Assembly: GCA_036785375.1 (NCBI GenBank)
Contig: JAWMAR010000030.1
Coordinates: forward strand, 5,146,001-5,210,000
Direction of reading: 5' to 3'
Length of the DNA stretch: 64,000 bases
Source of the DNA: Leucoraja ocellata
Lineage: Eukaryota
Below are positions 49,753 to 64,000 of this stretch, in pieces. Made by a program: the position numbers and the translations under genes. The notes under the pieces are model-generated. The model saw nothing but the letters and a program-made list of their open reading frames with translations, made no database searches and had not been told where the DNA came from. Positions within the stretch are counted from its first letter, which is position 1. The number at the start of each line of letters is the position of its first letter.

Positions 49753-52130
49753 GTCTGTTTTGTATTATGACAATATACTTCCTTTTGTCCAGCTTTGTTT
49801 TTTTATTATAATTTCTCATCTTTTCAAACCAGTTACTGACTCTAATGTTCAATTTGTGTAAAGAAATCATGCATCCATCACTGCAAAGAATGTATTACTC
49901 CACGGATAGCATTATTTATTTTTGGAACATTAGCCATATTGAGCGCAAAATCCTGTCAAACATTCAATGTAGAGTATGACCGAAGGCAAAAGCCATCTGT
50001 GGTGCATTGCAATGTTTTATTCATTATCTGCTCAAGTTATCAATGTTTCTAAATTGCTGTTTGTCACATTATAATGAACATGAAAATGTGTTTTTTGGCT
50101 GTAAACTAACATTTAAAGTCATCTGTATAGTAGCCCTTTATTTAACTGATCTGTTTAAAGTAATTTTCAGAAGATAAGTGACAATGTAAAGGGCTACAAC
50201 AGGACCCTGATACTCAGGTTGCATAATACAAAAGAACAAGAGATAAACAATTCTGTAACAGTAATAAAATATATGATTTTTAAAAATATCATGCAGCAGG
50301 ATGGATGTTTTACCTAACCCAAATGTGATAGTCAAAGTATTCCCCCCTTTGAAAACTCATGTTAAGTTCAATTTCACAGTAGCTTATTTCCTTTCCCAGG
50401 ACTTGGCTTGTTTTTGTTGTCAAATGTAACTTTGTCAACTTTAGATTTTCACCCCAATTAATAATTTTCTTTCAATTGTTTTGGTTTATATCTTCTATTT
50501 TCTGCAGTTTCTAGGATGTTTCTATACTGCATATTAAATGGAAACCTAGTTAAGTATATACTTAATGGAAACCCATTAAGTATATAAGTATAAATTAATT
50601 TGCAGTGGTTAAGATTTTCACTTTTACCATTATATTTAGAGATGTGAAATTGTAACATAAAAAATAATGCTGGCGGATATGTTGAGCTTGCTTTACATTC
50701 CTGTCCTTTTTGCTTCCCATATAGCCTGAATTAGCTGTAAGTGACCCAAAAACATATAGGCATGAAGGCCAAAACTTGTGTAATTTGAGACCAACAGAAT
50801 CTATATTTAAAGACTTTCCGTTACTTTGTTCTAGATTGTGGACATTTCACAATGATTTGAATTTACAATCATGTGCAAAATGGCAACAAAACTTTCTGTG
50901 GTTATGGTAAAATCTTAAATGATCTGTCCCACATTCTCTGGGTGAGAATGGGGGAGGGATAGTAGACATATGTAATGTATATAGAAAGAATGGTTTAAAG
51001 AAAATTAAGACGTACTTTTTATAGTAATAAATATCAAAATGTAAAGAAATTTAGATGTGGTTTATTGATTTAACCAGGTGATCTGTGAGTAGTTACAGCA
51101 AGTAGCTTTCTTTATTGAATTTATATTAAAAAAGCAAATTAAATTATACATCACATTTATGCAAAATCTTATTCTGACACAAATTGTCTGGGCCTGGAAG
51201 GTCACAATGGCACGTTCCAGCTAAAAGACAATAGAAACAGACTAGTGGCGTCTATCCAGTGATAAATCTCTGGGAACATTTAATGCTGATTTTGTCAACT
51301 TGCTGTAAATACAATAATTAGGATCCAAGGAATTCAAGTTAATAAATTACTTGAACAATGCACCGGCATTTCAGAATATTTCTAAATTTTCCATTATGGT
51401 AGGCACACATGACATTTTGTCTAAACATCTAGCCTAATGAAATGTTATGGTTACACTTAATTCCTTCAGCAACATGGCATAATTTTCCCTACTTGAACAT
51501 CTGCAGTAGGAAAAATGCTTAGTTTCAGACTTATGATCTGTTCTTATCTACTTATGCTGCCTAACTCGTTGAATACTTCCAAAATCTGCAGTATTTGAAA
51601 TATATCTTTACAAATGTGCATGACAAGGTGATTAATCTAATTTATTTATTTAAAACTTGTCATCGTCCATGTGTACAACTACTATGAACAAAGAGAAAGA
51701 ACATGTGCTTTACTCTGCCCTTTAATTATAAGAGGAAATTAAAAGTTGGTCACGCACAGCCAGGGTTCTACTGACACAAGGCAGCTGCTCAGCCCACTGT
51801 TCATGCCAACTTCCAGAAGAGCATTCCCATTTAGGTTCCCTTGTGATCTTACAACTTGTTCTAATATGCCCAGTAACTCGTCCTGGTTTCTTTTTACCAC
51901 TTACTTACACTTGAGATTAAAAAAAACGATAAGCACATGTATAGGGGATGTTGGGAATCCAACTGTTTACAATAGAAAAGCCGAATCATTGGAGCTGTGA
52001 GGGAAAACCATTCATTGAAGCCCACTTGGGTAAAACTGGAAACTCACTGTAGCCACTTAAGCACATTATTCTCATGGTCTTATTAAACAATGACGCTCCT
52101 TCCACAATATTTAACATACTTTAAAGAGCC

Positions 52131-55121
52131 TGTGAATATGCAGGGATTGGGGTGCTTTGGGAATAGGAATGTTGAGACTTGGCTTCACTGGTGGTGACAT
52201 CACAAGGTGGAGAGCCAATTCCTGGATATCATACGACCCACCTGCCACCAAGTCTGGACCCCTGAAGAAGTTTCGGCTTTGTTTCATTGTACTGACAACT
52301 GTTATGTATCTGTGATTGGGCAAAGGGATTGCCTCCCACTGTATTTTCTCGCTGGTATCTGTGATTGGGCTAAGGGGTTGCCTCTCTCTGTACTTTCCCG
52401 CCATTGTATATATGTATAAATAGGAGATCGGTTTGTTGGGGCGTGTCATCTTTCTTTCTGTTCCGTTTGCGCGAGGCTGCTGCAGGCTCAAGTGAGTGGA
52501 TCCGAAATCGTCCCCATAGTGAATAAAGGGTTTGGACTACAGTACTCAAATCAGTGTTTTAGTGACCCAGATTGGGGGGGGGGGGGGGTGGGGTAAAAGA
52601 ACCGGAATCAACATTTGGGAGCTCGTCCGGACTCTCAACGGATTACCATCACCAGTTTGCGATCGAGGAGCTGAATCGTCTCGGATCGCGGAGGGAGGAA
52701 TTGGACCCCCAATGTAAGTAGTTTTTACTCCATTGGTTTTCCTCATTCTGCTAATCTGACGACGACTTGGTCATTCGCTGACTTGTGAGTGAAATTCCGA
52801 CGAGATGAAGGTCAGTCTGGCGAATACTGGTAGTAGGATTGGTATATGGTCAGCGGCTGCTGAAGATCCAGGGTTTAAGTCCCTGTTCAGAACCACTGGA
52901 TTGGTTACTGAAGTATTGGGGTACGATTGGCAGGGTACCTTGAAAGACAATACTGAGAGGGCTCAGTATTAAGTGGGGTAAGTACGGAGGGCCATAGCTG
53001 AGGTAATATTGGCTATTTACTTTAAAGGTTGGCGCCGAGATGCCAGTACTGAGTTGGGTAAGTACTGAAGGTCAGTAATTTATAGGTCGGTACTAAGTCA
53101 GTAGTAGGGTAAATTGGCATACTGTTACTGTAAAAATTAGTCCCGAGGGAGAACGTGGCAACATTAGGGAGATGCATCTGCGACATTCCACGACAGTGTG
53201 ATCCAAAATATTCTGCTCTAAATTCCGCTAAATTTAAAGTGTTCATATTAAATGCTTTTGCTTAAGTTTGTGTGATTTACTCTTGTATTATAGTTGCGTA
53301 TGTTTTTGCTTAAGTTTGTGATATTTCCTATTGTATTATAATTGCTTGCTGCATTAAGGAGGCAATATCACTTTAATACGCTGTGTGAATTGTGTGTGGG
53401 CCCTGTTTATCTTGTTGCATGGAGATAATTGTGTGTGGAAGTGCTTGTTGCGTGTCGATCGATCTTGTGTGTAGATCTTTGGCCAAAAATGGGTAATTAT
53501 CTAAATACTACAACTGATCACATGAGTCCTTTGCAAATACGGTGTGCTAAGTATCCTGATGAAGCAAAACAATTCAAACAGTTCAATCCGGAGCTTTGAA
53601 TCAGAAATTAGGGAGTAAATTGTGGCCTCAGGGAGGGTCTTGAAACCCTGGAAGATGGAAAACAAGTTCAGGAGATAATTTGGAAAGATAGCAGAGATAT
53701 TACTGCCAAGGAACTTGTTGGTCTTTGGAGCCAGGATTATCAAGAACAGAAAGAAGCCGCAAAGTTGGCTAGTTGGCAAGAAATTGCTCTGAAGTTGAGA
53801 GTAGAGCTCACGGAGGGAGGAATGACCAAACCTGCAGACGTACTAAGCGAATGTGATTATAGTAAATGCCAGAAACAGGAGTCCGGAAGGACCTGGGATG
53901 GGTTAGTAGATGTGGAAAAAGGATTGCATAATGGTTGGCTATGGCTTAGAAGAGGGAGACAACAAAGATTTAGAGAATTAGGAAAGTAGAACCCGTGTCA
54001 GTACCCATCTACCTCTACAACACCCACCATATGTAAATATTGATCCCGCAGTACCACCCTTACAATAGCATTAACTCTAACCCCAACATTAGTAGATGCC
54101 CCAGTTGCGTTCCATACCAGGAGTAAAACTAGAAGATGTCTACCCATACCACGAGTTCAGGAACCCCCTAAACCAAGAAGGGCAAAGCGTAGACAGACGG
54201 TACAGAACCAGTCCCGTGACAGTTATCGGCTTTGCAACAAAACCAAGAACGAGGATTCTGAGAATGACTAACCCCCCGGGAATCTGAAGCTGAGCCTGAG
54301 ACAGACGGTAGTTGAGTAAGGATCAGTTAAGTCCCGGTTAGAGAAATGCCTAACCACACTTTCAACCCAGCAAATGCAGTCGGTGCTGGTAACACACAAA
54401 TAGGTGTTTATTTCCCTTGGAAGCTGAACGAGATGATGGCCATACTGAGCCAGATGCTTGATATAAAGTTACCCACCTCATTTGTAGACTTCCTCCGAAC
54501 CACTATGCAAGACTATAATGCCAATTACAGAGATTTGTGGGCCCTTGTGCAACAAGTCCTAACCCCTGTAGAACATGCAAGATTTCTAGCTAACCTGGGA
54601 TGCCCAACTCATGATGCGCCAGCTAACCTGCTTGCCCAGAGCACAGCACGGGAGGATGCAACTCTAGCTACCATTAGTACCACTGCAAAAACCCATTGAT
54701 ATCTCCAAAGTTTTGGATACTAGACCCCAGAAAGGCGAGGCAGAAAAACCTTTGGGGAGGTTTGCGGAGATGTATATAGATCAGTCGGGAGATGCTAATT
54801 ATTGAAACGGGTGAATTCACCCCAGAATTGTGCCATTTTAATAAACTTGCCTACCAGCCACTGTTGCCTTGGCAATAAAAACTAATAACATGGTTGCCCC
54901 CCTCTGTACTTTCCCACCACTGTATAGCTGTATAAATAGGAGATCGGTTCGTTGGGACGTGTCGTCTTTTTTTCTGTTCTGTTTGCGCGAGCCTGCTGTA
55001 GGCTTGAATGGGCCCCGAAATCGGTCCAGCGGTGAATAAAGGGTTTGGACCACAGTATTCGAATCAGTGTTTTACTGACCCAGACTGGGGGGGGGGGGTA
55101 AAAGAACAGCAATCAACAAAA
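52131..55121 (+). mobile_element. internally deleted class I (gamma/epsilon-like) endogenous retrovirus
   Basis: 5' LTR ends ca-tt (52613), then PBS tgggagctcgtccggact resembling the tRNA-Pro PBS; TATA 52415, AATAAA 52522; decayed gag from ATG 53489 (MGNYL..., LWPQGGS) and capsid-like ORF 54346-54699; partial 3' LTR about 54892-55118; ctgtg on both flanks; absent from copy A (about 23908). Confidence 0.8.
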
Positions 55122-55734
55122 CTGTGCGTTTCTTTAGAATTACTTGCCTTCCGAGCAGGCTATCTATCTTATTAATATCAGAACATCCTGATTTTTTTTA
55201 TAGTTTATTTATTTTTTTTAAAAAGCTGTCACACTATGAAACTACAGCAAATGGTATTGGAGGAAACATATGCAGCCATATTGCTGTTTCAATTTTCTGT
55301 TGTTCCTTTACACACTGGAATGTGAAACCAATACACTAGCTTAATAAAAAGGAATAATTAAAACCACAATTACATGAAGTCATTTTTCCAGCATGATATA
55401 TTTTCCACTAGACTGTTAAATGTCACAATTTTCTTAAAAATCTAAACTTTCCATATTTTAGTAAAATCACAAAAAAAAAAACATGTAAAAGATGCACAGT
55501 ATCAAGGTTGTTTTCTGATTTTCCACAAGTAGATTTCAAAACATTTTCCCTATTTGGGAGGAGTGCTATAAAAATGTAATCAAAAGTTTACACTTCAGAC
55601 ATCTGGTCATGTTTGTGATAACAGAACGCATACTTTGCACCTTCTCATTCCATTTTTGAACACACATTCACACGCACACTTTTCTACATTGCTGAACAAA
55701 ATGCCGTTTAAAATTTGTCATTTAAAAAAAAAGT

Positions 55735-63710
<7,976 letters not shown>

Positions 63711-63919
63711 TCAGAAGATTCATAGGCTATTGGTAGATCTGCTTAAAGTGGTTAAACTAATGAATATGTAACTGGAACTCCATTTGCAAACTTCAAAAAA
63801 GGCATAATTTGATCATTCAAATTGGAAGATTACTCTATGCAATAATTCCCATTTATATTATGACTTTAATTTTCCTGGAGATCCCAAGCAGTTTTCATAC
63901 AAAACAGATGATAAGGATA

Positions 63920-64000
63920 CAGTGGCCTCCATAATGTTTGGGACAAAGACCCATCATTTATTTATTTGCCTCTGTACTCCACAATTTAAGATTTGTAATA
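63920..64000 (-). mobile_element. duplicate of the Tc1 terminus at 30998
   Basis: ta|cagtggcctccataatgtttgggacaaagacccatc at the same intron position. Confidence 0.85.

Overview
Eukaryotic, intron-rich, AT-rich vertebrate DNA, most likely from a cartilaginous fish (skate/ray/shark). That assignment is inferred from HE1-like V-SINEs, CR1 and Penelope repeats and the gene sequences. 1-21.5 kb (+): the last 16 coding exons of GBF1 (about 809 C-terminal codons), then its 3' UTR to about 22.8 kb. 24.5-43.8 kb (-): a complete 8-coding-exon macroH2A2-like histone variant gene (382 aa), tail-to-tail with GBF1, with a CpG-rich promoter at about 43 kb. From 49754 to the window end lies a tandem duplicate of 21531-31080, holding the GBF1 3' UTR and the last three coding exons of a second, apparently intact macroH2A2 copy. 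The duplication junction sits at the end of a BEL/Pao LTR. The two copies differ mostly by amino-acid-changing substitutions, most of which look derived in the left copy. An internally deleted class I ERV (PBS-Pro) sits in the 3' UTR of the right copy only. Other mobile DNA includes Tc1 transposons, a hAT MITE, Helitron-like elements, Rex1, CR1, Penelope and SINEs. All comparisons were made by eye and from recalled reference sequences; no searches were run.
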